From Bdellovibrionales bacterium (GTDB lineage Bacteria; Bdellovibrionota; Bdellovibrionia; Bdellovibrionales; UBA1609), in NCBI GenBank assembly GCA_965247685.1, contig OZ252021.1, positions 833,271 through 897,270 on the forward strand: a DNA stretch of 64,000 nucleotides. Direction: 5' to 3'. The notes beneath the pieces were generated by a model, which searched no databases, was not told the origin of the DNA, and saw only the letters and a list, made by a program, of their open reading frames with translations. The position numbers and the translations under genes are program-made. The stretch's first letter is position 1; the number at the start of each line of letters is the position of its first letter. This document shows positions 1 to 9,628 of the stretch, in pieces.

Positions 1-68
1 CCTTAAGAGATAAAATAGAGAATCTAGATATTGATTTTGGAGTCAGAAAGAAAGCTTTATTTACTTTA

Positions 69-686
69 ATGGAATGGAGTGCAAATCCAAAAGACGCGAA
101 TGTAGATGATATAAATTTAGATTTTTTATCTCATCAGTTAGAATTTTTTTCAAAAGAAGATCAAGAAACTATTGTGGCAGAGATATCTTCTTGGAAAGAA
201 GCAGAAGAACTTTATAAAAGAAAATTTATAAGTAAAATTTCTCAAGTACTTTTTTCTAGGGACAAACAACAAATAGAGAATGTCTTAGATTCCAAATTTG
301 GAACGTTATTAGATCTAAATGCCATTGATGAGAGTGTTTTGTCTCGTAGAGTAGGTAATAGATGGACGCCTCTTTTGGTAGCACTATTGAGAAGTAATCA
401 GGAGCTTGCACAGTTATTGCTAAATAGAGGAGCTGATATAAATGCTAAAAATGAAGATGGTGTGACGGCTCTGATGGAAGTGTTGTATAGAGGTTATCCT
501 CCTAAATCAGTAGTGAAGTTCTTGTTGGAGAATGGAGCTGATCGAAAGGTCAAAGATAATGCTGGCAAGACGGCTTTTGATTATGCAAAGGGAAGCGGTC
601 ATGAGGAACTCGTGCGAGCCTTTCGTCGGACGGGGAAAGAAAAGCTAAAGTCGTTAATACAGAGGATAAAAGACTCATTCAGTTGA
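69..686 (+). CDS. Ankyrin-repeat protein (possibly 5'-partial)
   Basis: 205-aa ORF with C-terminal ANK units (GADINAKNEDGVTALM). Its C-terminal tail (from KFLLENGADRKV to the end) is near-identical to that of 982..2316 (one substitution seen), and the 3' flanks are closely similar. The frame has no stop back to nt 3, so the real start may lie outside the window. Confidence 0.75.
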   Translation: MEWSANPKDANVDDINLDFLSHQLEFFSKEDQETIVAEISSWKEAEELYKRKFISKISQVLFSRDKQQIENVLDSKFGTLLDLNAIDESVLSRRVGNRWTPLLVALLRSNQELAQLLLNRGADINAKNEDGVTALMEVLYRGYPPKSVVKFLLENGADRKVKDNAGKTAFDYAKGSGHEELVRAFRRTGKEKLKSLIQRIKDSFS

Positions 687-981
687 ATTTATTAGACTGA
701 AATTATTTAATCATCGGCTCATCCAATAGTAACTCAACAAAAGATATTTTGGATTAAAAAAAACTCTAGGAGAGTGTAGAAATTACATTTTTCATTTTTT
801 GCTGGTATTTTCGATTTATTATGTGGTATATCTTTTGCATAAATGGAAAGAGTTAAGTCGAACTGTTTATTTAAAAAAGACTTTTTTTATTTTGCATCGA
901 GTATGTTTCTAATAGGAGTTAAATAAGATAATACTTAGAAAGTTAAAAGAAAGTTTTATATTTATAAACAGGAGTAATGGA

Positions 982-2316
982 ATGACATTTAAGAAATTAA
1001 AAAACAGTTTTCAGTATGGATACGCAACAATAGTCTCATGTGTTTTTATGGTGATTGTGTTTATACTGCCTTTTCAAGCCTACACACTACAGGATGATTC
1101 TCGAACAACTCTTATGATTGCAGCGATGGAAGGTCGTGTAGAAATTGTAGAGTCCTTGCTAAAAAATGGAAGTGATCCAAAAGCCAAAGATATTAATGGT
1201 AATACGGCTCTGACGTACGCAACGTGGTATGGGAATCTGCAAGTCGCGGACTTCTTAGTGGAAAGAAGTGGAGCTGATGTCAATGCCACAGATAATGATG
1301 GTAGGACGGCTCTGATGCTGGCAGCGTGGTATGGGAATCTGCAAGTCGCGGACTTCTTAGTGGAGAATGAAGCTAATCTCAATGCCACAGCTAAGAATGG
1401 TATGACAGCTCTGATATACGCAATGTGGTATGGGCATCTGCAAGTCGCAGAGTTCTTAGTGGAAAGTGGAGCTGATCTCAATGCCACAACTGAAGATGGT
1501 GTGACGGCTCTGATGTGGGCAGCGTGGTCTGGGACTCTGCAATTCGTGGAATTCTTAGTGGAGAATGAAGCTGATATCAATATCGCAGCTGATGATGATA
1601 GGACGGCTCTGATGATCGCAGCGAGGTTTGAGCATCTGCCAGTTGCGGAGTTCTTAGTGGAAAATGGAGCTGATATAAATGCTCAGAATGAAGATGGTGT
1701 GACGGCTCTGATGTGGGCAGCGAGTTCTGAGAATCTGCCAGTCGCGGAGTTCTTAGTGGAAAGTGGAGCTGACATCAATGTCGCAGCGAAGAATGGTATA
1801 ACAGCTCTGATGATGGCAGCGTGGAATAATGGGAATCTGCCAGTCACGGAATTCTTAGTGGAAAGTGGAGCTGACATCAATGTCGCAGCGAAGAATGGTA
1901 TGACAGCTCTGATGTACGCAGCGTGGAATGAGAATCTGCAAGTCACGGAATTCTTAGTGGAAAATGAAGCTGATATAAATGCCACAGATAATAAGGGTAG
2001 GACGGCTTTGATGATCGCAGCGTGGCATGGGAATCTGCGAGTCGCGGAATTCTTAGTGGAAAGTGGAGCTGATATCAATGTCGCAGCTAATGATGGTAGG
2101 ACGTCTCTGATGATCGCAGTGAAGAAAGGTGATATAGAAACTACGAAGTTCTTGTTGGAAAATGGAGCTGATCGAAAGGTCAAAGATAATGCTGGCAAGA
2201 CGGCTTTTGATTATGCAAAGGGAAGCGGTCATGAGGAACTCGTGCGAGCCTTTCGTCGGACGGGGAAAGAAAAGCCAAAGTCGTTAATACAGAGAATAAA
2301 AGACTCATTCAGTTGA
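982..2316 (+). CDS. Ankyrin-repeat protein with N-terminal hydrophobic anchor/signal, about 12 tandem ANK repeats
   Basis: 444 aa. Hydrophobic N-terminus (IVSCVFMVIVFILPF), then 33-aa units of the form G.TALM.AAW.GNLQVAEFLVESGADLNA. The 99-bp periodicity is visible in the DNA. Confidence 0.9.
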   Translation: MTFKKLKNSFQYGYATIVSCVFMVIVFILPFQAYTLQDDSRTTLMIAAMEGRVEIVESLLKNGSDPKAKDINGNTALTYATWYGNLQVADFLVERSGADVNATDNDGRTALMLAAWYGNLQVADFLVENEANLNATAKNGMTALIYAMWYGHLQVAEFLVESGADLNATTEDGVTALMWAAWSGTLQFVEFLVENEADINIAADDDRTALMIAARFEHLPVAEFLVENGADINAQNEDGVTALMWAASSENLPVAEFLVESGADINVAAKNGITALMMAAWNNGNLPVTEFLVESGADINVAAKNGMTALMYAAWNENLQVTEFLVENEADINATDNKGRTALMIAAWHGNLRVAEFLVESGADINVAANDGRTSLMIAVKKGDIETTKFLLENGADRKVKDNAGKTAFDYAKGSGHEELVRAFRRTGKEKPKSLIQRIKDSFS

Positions 2317-2618
2317 ATTTATCAGACTGAAATTATTTAATCATCGGCTCATCCAATAGTAACTCAACAAAAGATATTTTGGATTTAAAAAAAAACTCTA
2401 GGAGAGTGTAGATATTACATATTTCACGATTTTTGATGGATACTTTTAGTGCATTATGATAGTTTATCTTTTGCATAAATGGAAAGAGTTAAGTCGAACT
2501 GTTTATTTAAAATAGACTTTTTTTTATTTTGCGTCGAGCATGTTTCTAATAGGAGTTAAATAAGATAATACTTAGAAAGTTAAAAGAAAGTTTTATATTT
2601 ATAAACAGGAGTAATGGA

Positions 2619-3609
2619 ATGACATTTAAGAAATTCAAAAACAGTTTTCAACACAGATATACAACAGTCTCATGCGTTTTTATGGTGATTTTGTTTATAC
2701 TGCCTTTTCAAGCCTACACACTACAGGATGATTCTCGAACAACTCTTATGATTGCATCGATGGAAGGTCGTGTAGAAATTGTAGAGTCCTTGCTCAAAAA
2801 TGGAAGTGATCCAAAAGCCAAAGATATTAATGGTAATACAGCTCTGATGCTGGCAGCGAGGTATGGGAAACTGCGGGTCGCGGAGTTGTTATTAGTGGAG
2901 AATGGAGCTGATGTTAATGCCAAAGATAATTATGGTAGGACGGCTCTGATGTACGCAGCGAGGTATGGGAAACTGCGGGTCGCGGAGTTGTTATTAGTGG
3001 AGAATGGAGCTGATGTTAATGCCAAAGATAATTATGGTAGGACGGCTCTGATGTACGCAGCGAGGTATGGGAATTTGCAAGTCGCGGAATTATTAGTGGA
3101 GAATGGAGCTGATATGAATGCCACAGATAATGATGGTCTGACGGCTCTGATGTACGCAGCGTGGGATGAGAATCTGCAAGTCACGGAATTCTTAGTGGAA
3201 AGTTGGAGCTGATATAAATGCCACAGATAATTGGGGTCAGACGGCTCTGATGATCGCAGCGTGGGATGAGAATCTGCAAGTCACGGAATTCTTAGTGGAA
3301 AGTGGAGCTGATCTCAATGCCACAGATAATAAGGGTAGGACGGCTCTGATGCGGGTAGCGAGGTATGGGAATCTGCAAGTCGCGGAGTTCTTAGTGGAAA
3401 GTGGAGCTGATCTCAATGTCGCAGCTGATGATGGTAGTACGGCTCTGATGATGGCAGCGAGGTCTGAGAATCTGCCAGTCACGGAATTCTTAGTGGAAAG
3501 TGGAGCTGATATGAATGCCACAGCTGATGATGGTAGGACGGCTCTGATGTTCGCAAAGGAAGAAGGTCATATAGAAATTGTGAAGTTATTACAAAATCTA
3601 AACAAATAA
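2619..3609 (+). pseudogene. Ankyrin-repeat paralog interrupted by a +1 frameshift
   Basis: ORFs 2619..3212 and 3250..3609 are in different frames but both are ANK repeats. The recurrent 'gtggaaagtggagctga' reads 'gtggaaagTtggagctga' at about 3196-3212. The extra T (3203/3204) creates TGA at 3210-3212. The N-terminus is nearly identical to that of 982..2316. Confidence 0.7.
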
Positions 3610-4181
3610 AGAGTAAAGTAAAGTTTACGAAATTTATTTAGATTGTGAAATCAGATCGATATTATTTAATCACAAACTCTTCTCTAATCATCGATTTCCC
3701 AAATAGATATAACAACAGATCATTCCTCTCTCTTTCAAGTCTGTCAAATATTTACACTTCACACTTTTATCTTTAAAAATTTAGTGTTTTTTTGTACTGT
3801 TGGTGTGAGTCAAATAAATATATTTTAATTGGAAGTAGCGACCTATTTCTTGGAGTGAATATGAATTTGAGAATATCAATGAGATACTTTGTGAGTTTAA
3901 GTTTAGAAAAATAGAAAAGCATCTTGGAATAAACAAAAAGAAGTGAAGACAGGTTTTAGTGAAGTTAAGTAATTTCTCTTTCTTTTGTAGTGTAAGCGTA
4001 AAAAATATAAAAACAAAATCCAATAAAGAGGAGAAACTTTAATCCTTTTACTGCTTTTTTAAAAAGAAGATAAAGAAAGTTGAGTATTTGCAGTTTGCAT
4101 CTCTATGTAGCACATTTCTTCATACCACGGATACATGAATAGCCCATCTCAACATTTGTTTTTTGTATTCTCAAATTAAGT

Positions 4182-5120
4182 TTATGGTTTATTTGCTTCA
4201 AGTTCTTTGATTCTGTCTTTCATCCTTTGCTTAATACGCTCTCGCACTCTTTTATCGGAGCCTGTAAGTATAGTGGTCGCTGATCCAATGAGTGTCACAG
4301 GTGCCATCAAAAATCCTCCGATTTTCAATAGCTGATCTCTAAAAGGTGTAGCCCATGGGGAAAAGAGTAATCCCACTCCAAAGGCTGCTCCCCCCACCCC
4401 TCCAGCTATTTCCAAATCCTCGTCGTCAGTCATAGCTTTCGCTATCTCGGAGCCAACCTGGTATCCAATATATCCTGTTCCTGTTATGACCAGCACCAAT
4501 GGGCCGAAGGTCGTCGAGGCTTGCAAGAGTGTTACTGTCAAGCCCATTGGACCAAGCGCTCCCACATAGCGACATATTAAGTTTGTCAACCCCGGGGTGT
4601 TTAAACAAGACTTCACATCACCCAGTGCATCTAAGTAGAGATTCAGAACAGGACGCACTGTTTCAAGAGAGGCCTTGATTGTTCCGGCATCTTGACTGGC
4701 ATTTTCAAACTCTGCATGGAAATAAGACTTGATAGTTGAATTTTCTTTATCCACTAAAAGCTCTTTTGTTAGTTTATAAGTAGATATGAGATAATCATGC
4801 ACCCCTGCCATTATCCCCATGCCACAACCTGTGACGTGGTTTGATCTAGGACAACCTTTAATAAATTTCCTTTTCACCCCTTTGCATTCAGGTTTTCTTC
4901 GCATCTTTCTGCAAAGCAAGTTACCAGTATCAGTTGAAAATTCTATCAAGTCTCTTTCTCCTAAGTTGCTACTGAGTGGTGTTTTTTGAGGGCAATTTTG
5001 AGTAGTACAAGGACTTCCAGCTTCTGTATCAGATTCATCAGGATCATAGGAAAAACTAGATCCAGCGCTTAAAAGAAATAAACTTAATAGCACTACCTTT
5101 AAACTATTTTTTGTATTCAT
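4182..5120 (-). CDS. Secreted Cys-containing protein with C-terminal Gly-rich hydrophobic helices (cassette copy A)
   Basis: 312 aa. Signal peptide (VVLLSLFLLSAGSSFS). Gly-zipper-like segments (ITGTGYIGYQVG, AGGVGGAAFGVGLLF) and a basic tail. Paralog of 7123..8109. Confidence 0.6.
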   Translation of the reverse strand: MNTKNSLKVVLLSLFLLSAGSSFSYDPDESDTEAGSPCTTQNCPQKTPLSSNLGERDLIEFSTDTGNLLCRKMRRKPECKGVKRKFIKGCPRSNHVTGCGMGIMAGVHDYLISTYKLTKELLVDKENSTIKSYFHAEFENASQDAGTIKASLETVRPVLNLYLDALGDVKSCLNTPGLTNLICRYVGALGPMGLTVTLLQASTTFGPLVLVITGTGYIGYQVGSEIAKAMTDDEDLEIAGGVGGAAFGVGLLFSPWATPFRDQLLKIGGFLMAPVTLIGSATTILTGSDKRVRERIKQRMKDRIKELEANKP

Positions 5121-5770
5121 TTCTCTTCTCCTTCTTTATCTTTACCTTTATTCTTATCTTTCTGATCTAAAACTGTCATTTGTATTCCTATTTTTTGTGC
5201 TTTTTTGAAAAACCTACTCACACTTCTATTTTGAAGTGCCTCTGTTTTTGGACTAATCACCAATATTTGATAGATGTGATCTGAAAAATAAAGCAGTCTT
5301 TCTTTAAAGAAGACAAGTTGTGTAACATTTCTTTTATAAGAGCCAGTGATATTCAATTCAATAAATTTTTTTCTCTTCTTTAAACTGTGTTGATCGGCTT
5401 TCCAAGTTCCGATATTGAAGAGCATAAGATCTTCTTGTTTTAGTTGAACAAATTTTTCGAAAAAATCATCGGACTGTAATTCTTTCCAATCAACTTTTTT
5501 ATCTTTTTTTTGGAGATAAAGAGTGCCAATAACTTTAGGATTGTCTTTTAATTTGTAAGTTGAAACTCCATCGGCGACACGAACTCCTGACCATTGAGAA
5601 CCCATATCATGGATAGGAAGAGGAGCAGGAGCTAGCTCTAACTCTATTTTTTCTGTTTCTTTAGGAGATTGCTCTTTATTAGAAGTGTTATTTTTTTTTG
5701 AAAAGGCAGTTCCACTAATAAAAAGAGTTAATAAAATAAAAAATTTCATAAGGTAAATTATACGATACAT
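5117..5770 (-). CDS. Secreted hypothetical protein (cassette copy A)
   Basis: 217 aa with a signal peptide. 4-nt overlap with the downstream gene. Differs at 2 residues from 8106..8759. Confidence 0.6.
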   Translation of the reverse strand: MYRIIYLMKFFILLTLFISGTAFSKKNNTSNKEQSPKETEKIELELAPAPLPIHDMGSQWSGVRVADGVSTYKLKDNPKVIGTLYLQKKDKKVDWKELQSDDFFEKFVQLKQEDLMLFNIGTWKADQHSLKKRKKFIELNITGSYKRNVTQLVFFKERLLYFSDHIYQILVISPKTEALQNRSVSRFFKKAQKIGIQMTVLDQKDKNKGKDKEGEEK

Positions 5771-6135
5771 TGACGACAGTTATCAATGAAAGACTATTTA
5801 TTAAGTTGATGTTCCTAGACTTTATTCTACTTAACAAACGATTGATATAGCAATGCCGATCTATGGAAGGGAAATTTTAACAGAGCCATAAATAAAATAG
5901 AAAAATTTGCTGAAGAAAGAGATTGGAGTAAATGGCTTAACTAGTGATATGGACAAATAACTCAAAGCACACAGTTCTAAATTCGTCCAGTTGCCCCCGC
6001 CATTCTCTCGCATCAGTGACACCAACAAATAAATCGAATGGTTTTTTATAGAGATATTCGACACTTCTATTTATGACTTGAGATGAAAATTTATTAATTT
6101 TTTTAATAAATATTCGATATAGAAATGTACTTGAT

Positions 6136-6171
6136 GTTTTGATTGCACCACAATTTCCTATATGATAAAAT
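6136..6171 (+). repeat. Solo CRISPR repeat (35/36 match to array repeat)
   Basis: gttttgattgcacCacaatttcctatatgataaaat, same orientation as the array, with one substitution. It retains the TGaTAAAAT extended -10. Confidence 0.85.
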
Positions 6172-6177
6172 CACCAT

Positions 6178-6250
6178 ATAGAGGCACGCGAGCTGGGTCT
6201 CTATCTTTCATGGGTGCAAGAAGGTAGTGAGTTTTTCACCTTCTTTTTTA
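6178..6250 (+). ncRNA. Candidate small RNA driven by the solo-repeat promoter
   Basis: Starts about 7 nt after the repeat's TAAAAT. Contains an unusually GC-rich stem region (atagag-gcacgcgagctgggt-ctctat). Ends in a hairpin (agaaggt...accttct) plus a T-run at 6219-6249. No plus-strand CDS lies upstream that this terminator could serve. Confidence 0.3.
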
Positions 6251-6272
6251 TTATAAATTATTTAAAAATAAA

Positions 6273-6956
6273 TTATGGAAAGAACAGCGTTTTTATCCAA
6301 TGAGTAAAATTTCCTTTAAAGGTATTCATGGATTCACACGAGTATTCCTTTTGGTAAATGGGTTGATTAGAGTATTTTGAAAAATATTTTTTTACTTCTT
6401 GATCCGTCATAGGTTCTCTTTTTACAGGATACACATGACCAGTTGATTTTTTTCTCTTTTTGGTATCAAAATAAATTTTAGTTCCTTTTCTTGGGTGCTC
6501 TAAATAAGTAGAAGTCTCAGTGAGCTTGTGAGTTTTAAGATCTAAACTGAAAGTCACTAAGCTTGGACAGATAATATGTAAGCGAACGATTTGTTGATAC
6601 TCACCCTTATAAAGTTTATCAAAAGTTTTTGTTCCTTCCTCAGCTAATTTTCCAGTTGGAGCTTTTATACTTGTCAAAACTGTATCTTGGATATAGTTCA
6701 CTTGTGCCAATTGATCTGTGATTTGAATGTTATAGTGTCCACCCGGAGTTTTTGCATCTAAATGATCTTTATAATTCTTTTGTAAAGAACTTATGATTTT
6801 TGGAGGAAAGTCCATGTGATCGACTTGAATACCATTAAAATGTGACACAGAAAAAATAACACCTGTTCCAGTTTCTTTATGCAAGCAACTGTAATGTTTT
6901 TCTGCGCAGGCGTTAAAGCTGAATAAAATAAAAATAAGCAAGCAAAGTTTTTTCAT
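6273..6956 (-). CDS. Secreted hypothetical protein
   Basis: 227 aa with signal peptide (LCLLIFILFSFNACA). Lies between the two cassette copies. Confidence 0.55.
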   Translation of the reverse strand: MKKLCLLIFILFSFNACAEKHYSCLHKETGTGVIFSVSHFNGIQVDHMDFPPKIISSLQKNYKDHLDAKTPGGHYNIQITDQLAQVNYIQDTVLTSIKAPTGKLAEEGTKTFDKLYKGEYQQIVRLHIICPSLVTFSLDLKTHKLTETSTYLEHPRKGTKIYFDTKKRKKSTGHVYPVKREPMTDQEVKKYFSKYSNQPIYQKEYSCESMNTFKGNFTHWIKTLFFP

Positions 6957-7122
6957 CTTCTTGCTTTAAAGTAACAAAATATTAAAAAATATGCAATTTA
7001 GAGGCATTAGAATAAGTGATATTTTAGTATCAAAGTATTACAAACTCTTATCCATTTTCAATTTTATCAAAATGAAAAATTAATATTATACTATGTTCTG
7101 TTTGTCGTACTTAGCAGTGAGT

Positions 7123-8109
7123 TTAAGGCTTATTTGCTTCCCATTGCCTAATACGCTCTCGCTTTCTTTCAAGTTTATTTGCTTCATGTTCTTTGATTTT
7201 GTCTATCATCCTTTGCTTAACACGCTCTCGCACTCTTTTATCGGAGCCTGTAAGTAGAACTGTCATTGATCCAATGACTGTCACAGGTGTCGTAAAAATT
7301 CTTCCGAATTTCGAGAGCTTATTTCTAAGAGGTGCACCATATTTGGAAAATATTAATCCCACTCCAAGGGCTGTTCCCGCCACCCCTCCAGCTATTCTCG
7401 AATCCTCGTCGTCAGTCATAAGTTCCGTTATTTCGGAGCCAATCTGGTACCCAATAAATCCTGCTCCTGTTAGGAACATCGTGAATGCGGCGGCCCCTCT
7501 CACGCGAGCCAAGACTGCTGTTGTCATGCCCACTAGAGGAACTCCTATCACATAGTGACATGCCATGTTTACCAACCCAACGTCGTTTAAACAAGAATTC
7601 ACATCACGCAGTGCATCGAAGTAGAGCTGCAGAACAGGACGTACTGCTTCAATAGAGGCCTCGAATGTTCCGGCATCTTGACTGGCATTTTCAAACTCTG
7701 CATGAAAATAAGACTTGATAGTTGAATTTTCTTTATCCACTAAAAACTCTTTTGTTAGTTTATAAGTAGATACGAGATAATCTAACAACCCGTCAAACAT
7801 CCCTAAGCCACAACCTTTGATTCCGTCAAAGACTTCGTCTGAACTACAACCTTTAAGAAATTCCTTTTTCTCCCCTTTGCATTCAGGTCTTTTTTGCATC
7901 TTTTTGCAAAGCAAGTCATCAGTTGAAAATTCTATCAAGTCTCTTTCTCCTAAGTTGCTACTGAGTGGTGTTTTTTGAGGGCAATTTTGAGTAGTACAAG
8001 GACTTCCAGCTTCTGTATCAGATTCATCAGGATCATAGGAAAAACTAGATTCAGCGCTTAAAAGAAATAAACTTAATAGCACTACCTTTAAACTATTTTT
8101 TGTATTCAT
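7123..8109 (-). CDS. Secreted Cys-containing protein with C-terminal Gly-rich hydrophobic helices (cassette copy B)
   Basis: 328 aa. The first ~64 aa match copy A except one residue (G/E in the signal peptide). The central STYKLTKE..ENSTIKSYFHAEFENASQDAGT block is near-identical (one substitution). The membrane half is strongly diverged. The tail carries an extra ERKRERIRQWEANKP unit. Confidence 0.6.
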   Translation of the reverse strand: MNTKNSLKVVLLSLFLLSAESSFSYDPDESDTEAGSPCTTQNCPQKTPLSSNLGERDLIEFSTDDLLCKKMQKRPECKGEKKEFLKGCSSDEVFDGIKGCGLGMFDGLLDYLVSTYKLTKEFLVDKENSTIKSYFHAEFENASQDAGTFEASIEAVRPVLQLYFDALRDVNSCLNDVGLVNMACHYVIGVPLVGMTTAVLARVRGAAAFTMFLTGAGFIGYQIGSEITELMTDDEDSRIAGGVAGTALGVGLIFSKYGAPLRNKLSKFGRIFTTPVTVIGSMTVLLTGSDKRVRERVKQRMIDKIKEHEANKLERKRERIRQWEANKP

Positions 8110-8759
8110 TTCTCTTCTCCTTCTTTATCTTTACCTTTATTCTTATCTTTCTGATCTAAAACTGTCATTTGTATTCCTATTTTTTGTGCTTTTTTGAAAA
8201 ACCTACTCACACTTCTATTTTGAAGTGCCTCTGTTTTTGGACTAATCACCAATATTTGATAGATGTGATTTGAAAAATAAAGCAGTCTTTCTTTAAAGAA
8301 GACAAGTTGTGTAACATTTCTTTTATAAGAGCCAGTGATATTCAATTCAATAAATTTTTTTCTCTTCTTTAAACTGTGTTGATCGGCTTTCCAAGATCCG
8401 ATATTGAAGAGCATAAGATCTTCTTGTTTTAGTTGAACAAATTTTTCAAAAAAATCATCGGACTGTAATTCTTTCCAATCAACTTTTTTATCTTTTTTTT
8501 GGAGATAAAGAGTGCCAATAACTTTAGGATTGTCTTTTAATTTGTAAGTTGAAACTCCATCGGCGACACGAACTCCTGACCATTGAGAACCCATATCATG
8601 GATAGGAAGAGGAGCAGGAGCTAGCTCTAACTCTATTTTTTCTGTTTCTTTAGGAGATTGCTCTTTATTAGAAGTGTTATTTTTTTTTGAAAAGGCAGTC
8701 CCACTAATAAAAAGAGTTAATAAAATAAAAAATTTCATAAGGTAAATTATACGATACAT
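8106..8759 (-). CDS. Secreted hypothetical protein (cassette copy B)
   Basis: 217 aa, near-identical to 5117..5770. 4-nt overlap with 7123..8109. Confidence 0.6.
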   Translation of the reverse strand: MYRIIYLMKFFILLTLFISGTAFSKKNNTSNKEQSPKETEKIELELAPAPLPIHDMGSQWSGVRVADGVSTYKLKDNPKVIGTLYLQKKDKKVDWKELQSDDFFEKFVQLKQEDLMLFNIGSWKADQHSLKKRKKFIELNITGSYKRNVTQLVFFKERLLYFSNHIYQILVISPKTEALQNRSVSRFFKKAQKIGIQMTVLDQKDKNKGKDKEGEEK

Positions 8760-8897
8760 TGACGACAGTTATCAATGAAAGACTATTTATTAAGTTGATG
8801 TTCCTAGACCTTATCACCTCTAATACATCTTAATGTTTGTTTTATTTGTATAAATAATACTACAATTGATGATAAAGTATCTGGGGAATCAAATCAT

Positions 8898-9398
8898 ATG
8901 AAATTTAACAATCATGCTTTAGTATTTATTATCCTTACCCTTATCGCATCACTCACCAGTTGTTCTTCTTCTTCTCGAAAGACAAAAACAGATAACAATA
9001 GAGAATACTTGGACGGATACCTTCTTGCAACTCCTGATGATCCACCACCCAGTAAACAAGGTCCCTCTAACAACATCTATTATGGTCGATTTAAAACTTG
9101 CACTGCATACTCTGAACTCTCTAGATCTCAATTACCATTAATGGCACGATTAACACTTCCTTTGTTAGGAAAGTTGCAAGATCTAACTACGGTTGATTGC
9201 AAAACAGCTCACACCTGTGACTGCTATAAGAATGAACACTTGGTGGTAGAAAGCTCTTTTGAGCCACCCCTTTATAGGTGTGTGGAATCTTCCTCTGCCC
9301 AAGTAGAAAATGAGGAAATATACAAACCAAATGAGAGTTTCTCAGGAGACGGTGTTATAAAGTTTGCTCTTCCTCGATCGGTTTGTAATAAGAATTAA
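8898..9398 (+). CDS. Putative lipoprotein
   Basis: 166 aa with lipobox-like LTSCSSSS after a hydrophobic N-terminus. Cys-rich mature part. Confidence 0.55.
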   Translation: MKFNNHALVFIILTLIASLTSCSSSSRKTKTDNNREYLDGYLLATPDDPPPSKQGPSNNIYYGRFKTCTAYSELSRSQLPLMARLTLPLLGKLQDLTTVDCKTAHTCDCYKNEHLVVESSFEPPLYRCVESSSAQVENEEIYKPNESFSGDGVIKFALPRSVCNKN

Positions 9399-9432
9399 AT
9401 GCACTAATATAATGAGTGTTCTATTGTACTAA

Positions 9433-9537
9433 GATTTCAATTCTTCTTGAGAGACAAAATGCTAATCTTATGAATAAAACTGTTAGTAACAGGCAATACG
9501 ATAGAATTCAAAAAATTGACTGTAACTATATAGATCC
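9433..9537 (+). other. Second copy of the CRISPR leader
   Basis: About 105 nt aligning to 12549-12651, nearly identical from 'atgaataaaactgttagtaacaggcaatacgatagaattcaaaaaattgactgtaactata' onward. It directly abuts a repeat. Confidence 0.7.
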
Positions 9538-9573
9538 GTTTTGATTGCACTACAATTTCCTATATGATAAAAT
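9538..9573 (+). repeat. Solo CRISPR repeat (36/36) attached to the leader copy
   Basis: Perfect gttttgattgcactacaatttcctatatgataaaat with no second repeat after it. Confidence 0.9.
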
Positions 9574-9628
9574 CTATATCAAAACCAAGCTAACAAACAA
9601 AATAAATTTCAATTTGTAAGTAGTTTAA

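Noticed and set aside
1080-3521. Long antisense ORFs inside the ankyrin genes (1080..1580, 1683..2198, 2714..2923, 3237..3521, minus strand)
   Set aside because: They mirror the 99-bp ANK periodicity on the opposite strand, giving low-complexity SAPLSTKNSATCRFPYH repeats. They have no independent start or RBS context. The sense strand encodes a textbook ANK consensus.
4426-7594. Nested or antisense ORFs within the duplicated cassette genes (4426..4608, 7193..7555, 7412..7594)
   Set aside because: They are contained within longer, paralog-supported genes, and no independent evidence supports them.
4182-8109. Diversity-generating retroelement (DGR) as the cause of the diverged region between the two cassette paralogs
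   Set aside because: No reverse transcriptase, template repeat or IMH-like element is visible in the window. The differences are not obviously restricted to adenine positions. This cannot be excluded genome-wide.
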